In this document: positions 36,520 to 51,806 of the stretch, in pieces
Numbering within the stretch: the first letter of the stretch is position 1
Layout of the letters: every line of letters begins with the position of its first letter
Assembly (NCBI GenBank): GCA_964016885.1
Contig: OZ024741.1
Span: 175,708,001 to 175,772,000 of the forward strand
Direction: 5' to 3'
Length of the DNA stretch: 64,000 nt
Source of the DNA: Eledone cirrhosa
Lineage: Eukaryota
Translations under genes and position numbers: made by a program
The notes under the pieces: model-generated
Database searches by the model: none
The model's input: the letters and a program-made list of their open reading frames with translations, nothing else
Told to the model about the DNA's origin: nothing

Positions 36520-39500
36520 GATAATTGTGTTAGTGTGTTTACTTGCGTTGTGTATTAGTGTGTTTAGTTGTGTTGTGTGTTAGTGTGTTTAATTGTGTTG
36601 TGTGTTAATATGTTTAGTTGTTTTGTGTGTTAGTGTGTTTAGGTGTGTTGTGTGTTAGTATGTTTAATTGTGTTATGTGTCAATATGTTTAGTTGTTTTG
36701 TGTGTTAGTGTGTTTAGGTGTGTTGTGTGTTAGTAGGTTTAATTGTGTTGTGTATTAATATGATTAGTTGCGTTGTGTGTTAGTATGTTTAATTGTGTTG
36801 TGTGTTAGTGTGTTTAGTTGTGTTGCGTGTTAGTATCTTTAATTGTGTTGTGTTTTAGTATGTTTAGTTGTGTTATGTGTTAGTATGTTTAATTATTTTG
36901 TGTGGTAGTATGTTTAGTTGTGTTGTGTGTTAGTTTGTTTAGTTGTGTTGTGTGTTAGTATGTTTAATTGTATTGTGTGATAGTGCGTTTAGTTGTGGTG
37001 TGTGTTAGTATGTTTAGGTGTGTTGTGTGTTAGTGTGTTTAGTTGTGTTGTATGTTAGTATGTTTAATTGTGTTGTGTGTTAGTGTCTTTAAATGTGTTG
37101 TGTGTTAGTATGCTAAGTTGTGTTGTGTGTTAGTATGTTGTTTGTTAGTACGTCTCGTTGTGTGTTAGTTTATTTAGATGTGTTGTGCGTTACTATGTTA
37201 GTTGTGTTGTGTGTTAGAATGTTTCATTGTGGTTGTGTGTTAGTATGTTTAATTGTGTTGTCTGTTAGTATGTTTAATCGTTTTGTGTGTTAGTGTGTTT
37301 AATTGTGTTGTGCGTTAGTATGTTCAGTTGTGTTGTGTGTTAGTATCTTTAGTTCTGTCGTGTGTTATTATGTTTAGTTGTGTTGTTTGTCAGTGTGTTT
37401 AATTGTGTTGTGTGTTAATATGTTTTGTTGTCTTGTGTATTAGTGTGTTTAGTTGTGTTGTGTGTTAGTACGTTTAGTTGTGCTGTGTGTTAGTGTGTTT
37501 AATTGTGTTGTGTGTTAGTGTGTTTAGTTGTGGTGTGTTAGTATATTTAGTTGTGTTGTGTGTTTGCATGTTTAATTGTATTGTGCGTTAGTGTATTTAG
37601 TTGTGTTGTGTGTTAGTTATTTTAGTTTTTTGTGTGTTAGTATGTTTATTTGCGTTTTGTGTTAGTATGTTTATTGTGTTGTCTGTTAGTATGTTTAATT
37701 GTGTTGTGTGTTAGTATGTTTAGTTATTTTGTGTGTTAATATGTTTAATTGTATTGTGTCAGCGTATTTAGTTGTGTTGTGAGTTAGTGTGTTTAGTTGT
37801 GTGATAGTATTTTTAATTGTGTTGTGTGTTAGTATGTTTAGTTGTGTTGTGTGTTAATATGTTTACTTGTGTTGTGTTCTTATGTTTAGTTGTGTTGTGT
37901 GTTAGTTCGTTTAATTGTGTTGTGTGTTAGTATGTTTAGTTGTGTTTTGTGTTAGTATGTTTATTGTGTTGTTCGTTAGTATATTTAATTGTGTTGTGTT
38001 TTAGTATGTTTAGTTGTGTTGTGTGTTAGTATGTTTAATTGTGTTGTGTGTTAGTATGTTTAGGTGTGTTGTGTGTTATTATGTTGAGTTCTGTCTTGTG
38101 TTAGTATATTTAATTGTGTTGTGTGTCAGTGTGTTTAATTGTGTTGTGTGTTAGTCTGTTTAGTTGTGTTGTGTGTTCGTATGTTTAGTTGTGTTGTGCT
38201 TTAATATGTTTAGTTGTGTTGTGTGTTAGTGTGTTTAGTTGTGTTATGTGATCGTATGTTTAGTTGTGTTGTGTGTTAGTGTGTTTAGTTGTGTTGTGTG
38301 TTAGTATGCTTAATTGTGTTGTATGTTAGTGTGTTGAGTGTTAATGTGTTAGTGTATCTAGTTGTGTTGTGTGTTAGTGTGTTGGGTGTTACTATGTTTA
38401 GTTGTGTTGTGTGTTACTTTGTTTAATTGTGTTGTGTGTTAGTATGTTTAATTGTGTTGTGTGTTAGTATGTTTAATTGTGTTGTGTGTTAATGTGTTTA
38501 ATTGTGTTGTGTGTTAGTATATTTAGTTGTGTTGTGTGTTAGTATGTTTAGTTCTGTTGTGTGTTAGTATGTTTAATTGTGTTGTGTGACAGTGTGTTTA
38601 ATTGTGTTGTGTGTTAGTGTGTTTAGTTGTGTGTTAGTATGTTTAATTGTGCTGCGTGTTAGTGTGTTTAGTTGCGTTGTGTGTTAGTATGTTTAGTTGT
38701 TGTGTAATAGTGTGTTTAGTTGTGTTGTATGTTACTATGTTTAATTGTATTGTATGTTAGTGTGTTGTGTGTTAGAATGTTTAATTGTGTTGTTTGTTAG
38801 TATGATTAGTTGTGTTGTGTGTTAGATTGTTTAATTGTGTTGTGGTTTAATGTGTTTAGTTGTGTTGTATGTTAGTCTGTTTAGTTGTGTTGTGTCTTAG
38901 TATGTTTAGTTGTGTTTTATTTTAGTGTGTTTAAATGTGTTGTGTGTTAGTTTGTTTAATTGTGTTGTATGTTACTATATTTAATTGTGTTGTTTGTTAG
39001 TGTATTTAATTGTGTTGTGTTTTAGTATGTTTAGTTGTGTTGTCCGTTAGTATGTTTAGTTGTGTTGTGTGTTAATATGTTTAATTGTGTTGTAAGTTAG
39101 TGTGTTTAGTTCTGTTGTGTTTTAGTATGTTTAGTTCAGTTGTGTGTTAGTATGTTTAATTGTGTTGTGTGTTAGTGTGTTTACTTGTGTTGTGTGTTAA
39201 TATGTTTAGTTGTGTTGTGTGATAGTATTTTTAATTGTGTTGTGTGTTAGTATGTTTACTTTTGTTGTGTTCTTATGTTTAGTTGTGTTGTGTGTTAGTC
39301 TGTTTAGTTGTGTTGTGTGTTAGTATGTTTAATTGTGCTGTGTGTTTAATTGTGTTGTGTGTTAGTGTGTTTAGTTGTGGTGTGCTTTAGTATCTTTAGA
39401 TGTGTTGTGTGTTAGTGTGTTTAGTTGTGTTGTGTGATCGTATGTTTAGTTGTGTTGTGTGTTAGTTTGTTTAGTTGTGTTGTGTGTTAGTATGTTTACT

Positions 39501-42500
39501 TGTGTTGTATGTTAGTGTGTTGAGTGTTAATGTGTTAGTGTATCTAGTTGTGTTGGGTGTTACTATGTTTAGTCGTATTGTGTATTACTTTGTTTAATTG
39601 TGTTGTGTGTTAGTATGTTTAATTGTGTTGTATGTTAGTATGTTTAATTGTGTTGTGTGTTAATGTGTTTAATTGTGTTGTGTGTTAGTATGTTTAGTTG
39701 TGTTGTGTGTTAGTATGTTTAGTTCTGTTGTGTGTTAGTATGTTTAATTGTGTTGTGTGACAGTGTGTTTAATTGTGTCGTGTGTTAATATGTTTAGTTG
39801 TGTTGTGTGTTAGTGTGTTTAGTTGTGTGTTAGTATGTTTAATTGTGTTGTGTGTTAGTGTGTTTAGTTGCGTTGTGTGTTAGTATGTTTAGTTGTTGTG
39901 TAATAGTGTGTTTAGTTGTGTTGTATGTTAGTATGTTTAATTGTATTGTATGTTAGTGTGTTGTGTGTTAGAATGTTTAATTGTATTGTTTGTTAGTATG
40001 ATTAGTTGTGTTGTGTGTTTGATTGTTTAATTGTGTTGTGGGTTAGTGTGTTTAGTTGTGTTGTATGTTAGAGTGTTTAGTTATGTTGTGTCTCAGTATG
40101 TTTAGTTGTGTTGTAGTTAGTGTGTTTAAATGTGTTGTGTGTTAGTATGTTTAATTGTGTTGTATGTTAGTATGTTTAATTGTGTTGTTTGTTAGTGTGT
40201 TTAATTGTGTTGTGTTTTAGTATGTTTAGTTGTGTTTTGTCTTAGTATGTTTATTTCTGTTGTCTGTTAGTATGTTTAGTTCTGTTGTGTGTTAATATGT
40301 TTAATTGTGTCGTAAGTTAGTGTATTTAGTTCTGTTGTGTTTTAGTATGTTTAGTTGTGTTGTGTGTTAGTATGTTTAGTTCAGTTGTGTGTTAGTATGT
40401 ATAATTGTGTTGTGTGTTAGTGTGTTTACTTGTGTTGTGTGTTAATATGTTTAGTTGTGTTGTGTGTTAGTTTGTTTAGTTGTGTTGTGTGTTAGTATGT
40501 TTAGTTGTGTCGTGTGTTAGTGCGTTTAGTTGTGTTGTGCGTCAGTATGTTTAATTGTGTTGTGTGTTTGTATGTTTGTGTGTTGTGTGTCAGAATGTTT
40601 AGTTTAGTTGTATGTTAGTATGTTTAGGTGTGTTGTGTGTTAGTATGTTTAGTCGTGTTGTGTGTTAGTATGCTTAATTATGTTGTGTGTTAGTGTGTTT
40701 AGTTGTGTTGTTTGTTAGTTTGTTTAATTGTATTGTGTGTTAGCGTGTTTAGTTGTGTTGTGTGTTAGTATGCTTAATTATGTTGTGTGTTAGTGTGTTT
40801 AGTTGTGGTATGTGTTAGTATATTTTGTTGTGTTGTGTGTTGGCATGTTTAATTGTGTTGTGTGTTAGTGTATTTAGTTGTGTTGTGTGTTAGTTATTTT
40901 AGTTGTGTTGTGTGTTATTTATTTTAGTTGTGTTGTGTGTTAGTGTATTTATTTGTGTTGTGTGTTAGTTTGTTTAGATGTGTTGTGTGTTAGTGTGTTT
41001 AGTTGTGTTGTGTGTTAATATGTTTTGTTGTGTTGTGTGTTAGTGTGTTTAGCTGTGTTGTGTGTTTGTATGTTTTATTGTTGTGTGTTAGTGTGTTTAG
41101 TTGTGTTGTGTGTTAGTATGTTTAGTTCTGTTGTGTGTTAGTGTGTTTAGCAGTGTTGTGTGTTTGTATGTTTTATTGTTGTGTGTTAGTTTGTTTAGTT
41201 GTGGTGTGTGTTAGTATGTTTAATAGTTTTGTGTGTTAGTGTGTTTAGTTGTGGTGTGTGTTAGTGTGTTTAGGTGTGTTTTCTTTTAGAATGTCACTTG
41301 TGTTGTGCGTTAGTATGTTTAAAGGTGTTGTGTGTTAGTGTGTTCTGTGTATGTGTGTAAGTATATTTAGGTGTGTTGTGTGTGAGGGTGTTTAGTTGTG
41401 TTGTGTGTTAGCATGTTTAATTGTGTTGTCTGTTAGTATGTTTGTATGTTATGTGTTAGAATGTTTAGTTGGGTTGTGTGTTAGTATGTTTAGTTGTGTT
41501 GTGTGTTACTTTGTTTACATTTGTTGTGGTTTAGTGTGTTTAGTTGTGTTGTGTGTTAGTAAGTTTAGTTGTGTTGTATGTTAATATGTTTAGTTGTGTT
41601 GTGTGTTAGTATGTTTAGTTGTATTTTGTGTTAGTTTGTTTAGTTGTGCTGTGTGTAAGTGTCTTTAGTTGTGTTTGTGTGTTACTATGTTTACTTGTCT
41701 TGCGTCTTAGTATGTTTTGTTGTGTTGTGTGTTAGTGTGTTTAGTTGTGTTGTGTGTTAGTATGTTTAGTTATATTGTGTTTTAGTATGTTTAATTGTGT
41801 TGTGTGTTTGTGTGTTGTGTGTTAGTATGTTTAGTTGTGTTGTCTGTTAGTATGTTTAGTTGTTTTATGTGTTAGTTTGTTTAATTGTGTTTTGCGTTTA
41901 GTTGTGTTGTGTGTTCGTGTGTTAAGTTGTGTTGTGTGATAGTATGTTTAAATGTGTTCTGTGTTAGTATGTTTAATTGTGTTGTGTGTTAGTATGTTTA
42001 GTTCTGTTGTGTGTTAGTATGTTTAATTGTATGGTGACAGCGTATTTAGTTGTGTTTGTGTGTTACTATGTTTACTTGTGTTGTGTCTTAGTATGTTTTG
42101 TTGTGTTGTGAGTTAGTGTGTTTAGTTGTGTTGTGTGTTGGTATCTTTAGTTGTGTTGTGTGTTAGTGTTTTTAGTTGTGTTGTGTTTTAGTATGTTTAA
42201 TTTTATTGTGTGTTATTATGCTTAATTGTGTTGTGTGTTAGTATGTTTAGTTGTGTTGTGTGTTAGTGTGTTTAGTTGTATTGTGTGTTAGTATGTTTAG
42301 TTCTGTTGTGTGTTAGTTTGTTTAGTTGTGTTGTGTGTTATTATGTTAAATTGTGTTGTGTGTTATTGTTTTTAGTTGTGTTATGTCTTAGTGTATTTAG
42401 TTGTATTGTGCGTTACTATGTTTAGTTGTGTTGTGTGTTAGTGTGTTTATTGTGTTGTGTTTTAGTATGGTTAATTTTCTTGTATGTTAGTGTGTTATGT

Positions 42501-45500
42501 GTTAGTGTGTTAGTGTATTTAGTTGTGTTGCGTGTTAGTATGTTTAGTTGTGTTGTTTGTTTGTATGTTTAGTTGTGATTTGTGTTAGTATGTTTACTTG
42601 TGTTGTGTGTTAGAATGTTTAGTTGTGCTGTGTGTTAGTCTTTTTATTGCTGTTGTGTGTTAGTATGCTTAATTGTGTTGTATGTTATTATGTTTTGGTC
42701 TGTTGTGTGTTAGTATGTTTAGTTGTGTTTTGTGTTAGTATGTTTACTTGTGTTGTCTCTTAGTGTGTTGTGTGTTAGTATGCTTAGTTGTGTTGTGTGT
42801 TAGCAAGTTTAGTTGTGTTGTGTATTAGTACGTTAGTGTGTTGTGTGTTAGTATGTTTAGTTGTGTTTTGTGTTAGTATCTTTATTTGTGTTGTGTGTTA
42901 GTATGTTTAATTGTGTTGTGTTTTAGTGCGTTTATTTTTGTTGTGTGTTAGCCTGTTTAATTGTGTTGTGTGTTAGTATGTTTGTATGTTGTGTGTTAGA
43001 ATGTTTAGTTGGGTTGTGTGTTAGTATGTTTAGGTGTGTTGTGTGTTAGTATGTTTAGTTGTGTTGTGTTTTAGTGTGTTTAGTTGTGTTGTGTGATAGT
43101 TTCTTTAACTCTGTTGTGTGTTAGTGTGTTTAGTTGTGTTGTGTTAGTGTGTTTAGTTGTGTTATGTGTTAGTTTGTTTACATGTGTTGTGGTTTAGTGT
43201 GTTTAGTTGTGTTGCGTCTTAGTATGTTTTGTTGTGTTGTGTGTTAGTGTGTTTAGTTGTGTTGTGTGTTAGTATGTTTAGTTATATTGTGTTTTAGTAT
43301 GTTTAATTGTGTTGTGTGTCAGTGTGTTGTGTGTTAGTATGTTTAGTTGTGTTGTCTGTTAGTATGTTTAGTTGTTTTATGTGTTAGTTTGTTTAATTGT
43401 GTTTTGCGTTTAGTTGTGTTGTGTGTTCGTGTGTTAAGTTGTGTTGTGTGATAGTATGTTTAAATGTGTTCTGTGTTAGTATGTTTAATTGTGTTGTGTG
43501 TTAGTATGTTTAGTTCTGTTGTGTGTTAGTATGTTTAATTGTATGGTGACAGCGTATTTAGTTGTGTTTGTGTGTTACTATGTTTACTTGTGTTGTGTCT
43601 TAGTATGTTTTGTTGTGTTGTGAGTTAGTGTGTTTAGTTGTGTTGTGTGTTGGTATCTTTAGTTGTGTTGTGTGTTAGTGTTTTTAGTTGTGTTGTGTTT
43701 TAGTATGTTTAATTCTATTGTGTGTTAATATGTTTAATTGTGTTGTGTGTTAGTATGTTTATTTGTGTTGTTTTTGTTAATATGATTAATATTGTTGTGT
43801 GTTATTGTGTTTAGTTGTGCTGTGTGTTGGCAAGTTTAATCGTGTTGTGTGTTAGTGTGTTTAGTTTTTTGTGTGTTAGTTATCTTAGTTCTGTTGTGTG
43901 TTAGTATGTTTATTTGTGTTGTGTGTTAGTTTATTGATATGTGTTGTGTGTTAGTGTGTTTAGTGGTATTGTGTGTTAGTATGTTTAGTTCTGTTGTGTG
44001 TTAGTTTGTTTAGTTGTGTTGTGTGTTATTATGTTAAATTGTGTGGTGTGTTATTGTTTTTAGTTGTGTTATGACTTAGTGTATTTAGTTGTATTGTGCG
44101 TTACTATGTTTAGTTGTGTTGTGTGTTAGTGTGTTTATTGTGTTGTGTTTTAGTATGGTTAATTTTCTTGTATGTTAGTGTGTTATGTGTTAGTGTGTTA
44201 GTGTATTTAGTTGTGTTGCGTGTTAGTATGTTTAGTTGTGTTGTTTGTTTGTATGTTTAGTTGTAATTTGTGTTAGTATGTTTACTTGTGTTGTGTGTTA
44301 GTATGTTTAGTTGTGCTGTGTGTTAGTCTTTTTATTTCTGTTGTGTGTTAGTATGCTTAATTGTGTTTTGTGTTAGTATGTTTACTTGTGTTGTCTCTTA
44401 GTGTGTTGTGTGTTAGTATGCTTAGTTGTGTTGTGTGTTAGTAAGTTTAGTTGTGTTGTGTATTAGTACGTTAGTGTGTTGTGTGTTAGTATGTTTAGTT
44501 GTGTTTTGTGTTAGTATCTTTATTTGTGTTGTGTGTTAGTATGTTTAATTGTGTTGTGTTTTAGTGCGTTTATTTTTGTTGTGTGTTAGCCTGTTTAATT
44601 GTGTTGTGTGTTAGTATGTTTGTATGTTGTGTGTTAGAATGTTTAGTTGGGTTGTGTGTTAGTATGTTTAGGTGTGTTGTGTGTTAGTATGTTTAGTTGT
44701 GTTGTGTTTTAGTGTGTTTAGTTGTGTTGTGTGATAGTTTCTTTAACTCTGTTGTGTGTTAGTGTGTTTAGTTGTGTTGTGTTAGTGTGTTTAGTTGTGT
44801 TGTGTGTTAGTTTGTTTACATGTGTTGTGGTTTAGTGTGTTTAGTTGTGTTGTGTGTTAGTATGTTTAGTTGTGTTGTATGTTAATATGTTTAGTTGTGT
44901 TGTGTGTTAGTATGTTTATTTGTAGTTTGTGTTAGTTTGTTTAGTTGTGCAGTGTGTAAGTGTCTTTAGTTGTGTTTGTGTGTTACTATGTTTACTTGTG
45001 TTGCGTCTTAGTATGTTTTGTTGTGTTGTGCGTTAGTGTGTTTAGTTGTGTTGTGTGTTAATATGTTTAATTGTGTTGTGTATTTGTGTGTTTAGTTGTG
45101 TTGTGTGTTAGTATGTTTTATTGTGTTGTGTGTTAGTGGGTTGTGTGTTAGTATGTTTAGTTGTGTTGTCTGTTAGTATGTTTAGTTATGTTGTGTGTTA
45201 TTATGTTAGTGTGTTGTGTGTTAGTATGTTTAGTTGTTTTGTGTGTTAGTATGTTTAATTGTGTTGTGTATTAGTATGTTTAGTTCGGTTGTGTGTTAGT
45301 ATGTTTAATTGTATGGTGCCAGTGTATTTAGTTGTGTTTGTGTGTTACTGTGTTGTGAGTTAGTGTGTTTAGTTGTGTTGTGTGTTGGTATCTCTAGTTG
45401 TGTTGTGTGTTAGTGTTTTTAGTTGTGTTGTGTTTTAGTATGTTTAATTTTGCTGTGTGTTAATATGTTTAATCGTGTTGTCTGTTAGTATGTTTAGTTG

Positions 45501-47636
45501 TGTTGTTTGTTAATATGTTTAATTTCGTTGTGTGTTATTGTGTTTAGTTGTGCTGTGTGTTGGCAAGTTTAATTGTGTTGTGTGTTAGTGTGTTTAGTTT
45601 TTTGTGTGTTAGTTATTTAGTTCTGTTTGTTAGTATGTTTATTTGTGTTGTCTGTTAGTTTGTTTAGATGTGTTGTGTGTTAGTGTGTTTAGTTATATTG
45701 TGTGTTAGTACTTTTTGTTGTGTTGTGTGTTAGTGTGTTTAGTTGTGTTGTGTGTTAGTATGTTTCCTTGTTGTGTGCTAGTCTGTTTAGTTGTGTTGTA
45801 CGTTAGTATGTTTAATTGTGTTGTGTGTTAGTATGTTTAATTGTGCTGTGTGTTAGTGTGTTTAGTTGTGTTGTGTGTTAGTATGTTTTGTTGTGTTGTG
45901 TTAGTGTGTTTAGTTGTGTTGTGTGTCACTGTGTTTAGTTGTGTTGTGTGTTAGTAGGTTTTGTTGTGTTGTGTTTTAGTGCGTTTAGTTGTGTTGTGTG
46001 TTAGTCTGTTTAGTTGTGTTGTGTCTTAGTATGTTTAATTTTATTGTATATTGGTGCGTTATGTCTTAGTGTGTTAGTGCGTTTAGTTTTTTGTGTGTTA
46101 GTTATTTTAGTTCTTTTTGTTAGTATGTTTATTTGTGTTGTCTCTTAGTTTGTTTAGATGTGTTGTGTGTTTGTGTGTTTAGTTGTATTGTGTGTTAGTA
46201 CTTTTTGTTGTGTCGTGTGTTAGTGTGTTTAGTTGTGTTGTGTGTTAGTATGTTTCCATGTTGTGTGCTAGTCTGTTTAGTTGTGTTGTACGTTAGTATG
46301 TTTAATTGTGTTGTGTGTTAGTATGTTTTGTTGTGTTTTAGTGCGTTTAGTTGTGTTGTGTGTTAGTGTGTTTATTTGTATTGTGTGTTATTTATTTTAG
46401 GCGTGTTGTGTGTTAGTATGTTTATTTGTGTTGTGTGTTAGTATGTTTAATTGTATTGTGTCAGTGTATTTAGTTGTGTTGTGTGTTAATATGTTTAGTT
46501 GTATTGTGATTTAGCGTGTTTAGTTGTGTTGTTTCTTAGTATGTTTAGTTGTGTTGTGTGTTAGTCTTTTTAGTTGTTTTATGTGTTAGTTTGTTTAGTT
46601 GTATTGTGTGTTAGTATGTTTAGTTATGTTGTATGTTAGTGTGTTTATTTGTGTTGTGTCTTAGTATGTTTAATTCTTTTGTATATTGGTGCGTTATGTC
46701 TTAGTGTGTTAGTGTATTTAGTTGTCTTGTGTGTTAGTGTGTTAAATTGTGTTGTTCGTTAATATGTTTAATTATGTTGTGTGTTAGTGTGTTTAGTGTG
46801 TCGTCTGTTAGTACGTTTAAGTATGTTTAGTGTGTTGTCTGTTAGTACGTTTAATTGTGTGTTAATGTGTATTATTGTGGTATGTGTTAGTATGTTTAGT
46901 TGTGTTGTGTGTTAATGTATTTAGTTTTGTTGTGTGTTAGTATGTTTAGTTGCGTTGTGTATTAGTATGTTAGTGTACTGTGTGTTAGTATGTTTAGTTG
47001 GCTTGCGTGTTAGTATGTTTAGGTGTGTTGTGTGTTAGTATGTTTATTTGTGTTGTGTTTTAGTGTGTTTAGCTGTGTTGTGTGTTAGTTTGTTTAATTG
47101 TGTTGTGTGTTAGTGTGTTTAATTGTGTTGTGTGTTAGTTATTTTAGTTGTGTTGTGTGTTAGTATGTTTTGTTGTGTTGTGTGTTAATGTGTTTAGTTG
47201 TGTTGTGTGTGAGTATTATTAATCGTGTTGTGTGTTAGTTTGTTTAGTTCTGTTGTGTGTTAGTTTGTTTAGTTGTGTTGTGTATTAGTATGTTTAGTTG
47301 TGTTGTGTGTTAGTATGTTTAGTTGTGTTGTGTGTTAGTGTGTTTAATTGTGTTGTGTGTTAGTATGTTTAATTGTGTTGTGTGTTAGTATGTTTAATTG
47401 TGTTGTGTGTTAGTATGTTTAGTTGTGTTGTGTGTTAGTGTGTTTAGTTGTGTTGTGTGTTAGTATGTTTAGTTGTGTTGTGTGTTAGTGTGTTTAGTTG
47501 TGTTGTGTGTTAGTATGTTTAGTTGTGTTGTGTGTTAGTGTGTTAATTGTGCTGCGTGTTAGTATGTTTAGTTGTGTTGTGTGTTAGTATGTTTAATTGT
47601 GTTGTATGTTAGTGTGTTTAGTTGTATTGTGTGTTT
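36520..47636. repeat. ~11-kb 25-bp satellite (tgttgtgtgttagtatgtttagttg)n with internal higher-order duplications
   Basis: 25-bp periodicity; diagnostic variants recur at ~0.5, ~1.2, ~1.5 and ~1.6 kb offsets. Confidence 0.97.
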
Positions 47637-47817
47637 AATAATTGTTTCTACTTATGGCACAAGGCCACCAATTACTCCAGTGCAATACTGGTGCTTGATT
47701 TTATCGACCCGTAAGAATAAAAGGCAAATTTAACCCCGGCGGGATTTGAAAACAGAACGTATAGGGATATACTCTATGCTGCAAAGTATGGTGTCTGGCG
47801 CTCTACGGATACTGCCA
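47637..47817 (-). mobile_element. SINE family A at the boundary between two satellite arrays
   Basis: Homology; imperfect TSD tgtgtttaataat/tgtgttttataat. Confidence 0.85.
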
Positions 47818-49420
47818 TGTGTTTTATAATGTTGTAGTAATTTTGTTGAAGTGTTAATCTGTTTGATAATGTGGTAAATTTGTTGTGTTGTTAATTTGTT
47901 TGATAATGATGTTGTGGTATTTTGTTGTGTTGCCAAGGTGTTTGATAATGTTGTTGTGGTATTCTTTTGAGTATTAATTTTTATGATAATGTGGTAACTT
48001 TTTTGTGTATTTATTTGTTTGATAATGTGTTAATTTTGCTGTGTGTCAATTTGTTTGATAATGTGGTAATTTTGTTGCGTGGTAATGTGTTTGATAATGC
48101 TGTGGTAACTTTATTGTGCGTGTGAGAATGGTGTGGTAACTTTGTTGTGTGTTTGATAATGTTGTTGTGTGTTAATGTTGTTGTTTTAATTTTGTTGTGT
48201 GTTAATGTTTCTGATAATTTGGTATTTTTGTGTTAATGTGTTTGATAATTTGGTATTTTTTGTTTGTTAATATAATGGTGTTGTGGTTAATTTTGTTGTG
48301 CTGTTAATGTGTTTGATAATGTTGTTGTGTTGTGTTGTTGATGTGTTTGATAATGTTGTTGTGGTAGTTGTGTTGTGTTGTTAATGTGTTTGATAATGTT
48401 GTTGTGGTCACTTTGTTGTGTTGTTAATATGTTTGATAATGTTGCGTTAATTTTGTTGTGTTGTTAATGTGCTTGGTAATGTGTTAATTTTGTTGCGTGT
48501 CAAAATATGTTGTGGTAATTTTGTTGTGTTGTTAATGTGTTTCATATTGTTTTTGTGGTATTTTGTTGTGTTGCCAATGTGTTTGATTATGTTGTAGTGG
48601 TATTTTGTTGTGTATTAATTTGCTTGATAATGTGGTAACTTTGTTGTGTATTCATTTGTTTTATAATGTGTTAATTTTGTTGTGTGGTAATGTGTTTGAT
48701 AATGTTGTGGTAATGTGTTTCATAATGTTGTTGTGGTAGTTGTGTTGTGTTTCTAATGTGTTTGATAATGTTGAGGTAACTTTGTTGTGTGTTAATATGT
48801 TTGATAATTTTGTTGTGTGTTAATGTTGTTGTGTGCTAATATGTTTGATAATTTGGTATTTTTTGTTTGTTAAAATATTTGATAATGTTGTTGTGGTTAA
48901 TTTTGTTGTGCTGTTAATGTGTTTGATAATGTTGTTGTGTTGTTGATGTGCTTGATAATTGTGTTGTGGTAGTTGTGTTGTGTTGGTAATGTGTTTGATA
49001 ATGTTGTTGTGGTAGTTTCTTGTGTTGTTACTGTGTTTGATAATGTTGTTGTGATCACTTTGTTGTGTTGTTAATGTGTTTGATAATGTTGTTGTGATCA
49101 CTTTGTTGTGTTGTTAATGTGTTTGATAATGTTGTTGTGGTAGTTTCTTGTGTTGTTACTGTGTTTGATAATGTTGTTGTGATTACTTTGTTGTGTTGTT
49201 AATGTGTTTGATAATGTTGTTGTGGTAACTTTGTTGTCTGTTAATGTGTCTGATAATGTCGTGGTAACTTTGTTGTGTTGTTAATGTGTTTGATAATGTT
49301 GTTGTGATCACTTTGTTGTGCTGTTAATGTGTTTGATAATGTTGTTGTGGTAACTTTGTTGTCTGTTAATGTGTTTGATAATGTCGTGGTAACTTTGTTG
49401 TGTTGTTAATGTGTTTCGAT
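47818..49420. repeat. ~43-bp GT-rich satellite (tttgttgtgttgttaatgtgtttgataatgttgttgtggtaac)n
   Basis: tgataat at 49081 and 49124; more degenerate on the left side. Confidence 0.9.
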
Positions 49421-49898
49421 TGCCTTTTCATATTTGTTTGTTAATAGTTTTGGTTATTAGTATAGTTGTTTGTGTTGATGTTTATTTACCTTTGTGTTCC
49501 TATTAATATTTGTGAAGTATAATGATTGCTTGTTTGATAATTATATTATTTTATTACTGTTTATATTATAAACATATTCACGTGTTAATATGTTTCTCTG
49601 TAAGGTGATAAATTCCTTTGTATTTTAATGGTTTGCAGATATTCCTATATGTGTTTGTATGTTAATATTTATATATGCGTGTGTATTTATGCTTCTATTT
49701 ATATGTTTGTGCTATTTTAGTATATTAGTGTTGTCTCTGTGATAATGATTATATTTGTGTTTTAGTGTTCTTGTTTCTTAATGTTTATACTGTCTTTTAA
49801 TATCTATCTATATATTTATGTGATGTTTTCTCCTATCCGTTTGTGTTTTTGTTAATTCTTTAGTAATGTTTTATCTATTTGCTTGTTTGTATGCATGC

Positions 49899-49942
<44 letters not shown>

Positions 49943-50364
49943 TCATGTATTGTATATGTTCGTTGTTCATAAAACTAATAATTCAATAGTTAAGAGAAAC
50001 AGGCGAGTGTCCTTGTCATTTCATGTTTCATTTACATATGTATGTCGGGGTGGCGTAAAAAAAACAAAAGAAAAGAGAACAGAACCTTACTCACACCGCC
50101 CTCATACACGTAATCACATTCACAAGACCTTACAGAGAAGCACCACACGAAAAGAAATATAGACATACAAGCTCACATAAAAAGGGTCGTTTATTTAATA
50201 TTTCGTTGCGAAGAAATGTGCAAAACGCATCTTTCAATTGTTTCCTGTTTGTGTTCCTCGTGCCCGAAGATGTGTAGAAAACAAAATATACCGGCACCTC
50301 AACCATAAAAGAAAGTAATGCAAAAATCACGAGATAAAACTGTGATATATGTAAATTTAACTAA

Positions 50365-51806
<1,442 letters not shown>

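Noticed and set aside
36520-47636. 25-bp GT-rich array as a telomeric repeat
   Set aside because: Contains TTAG but no TTAGGG/TTAGG runs; it is internal and degenerate
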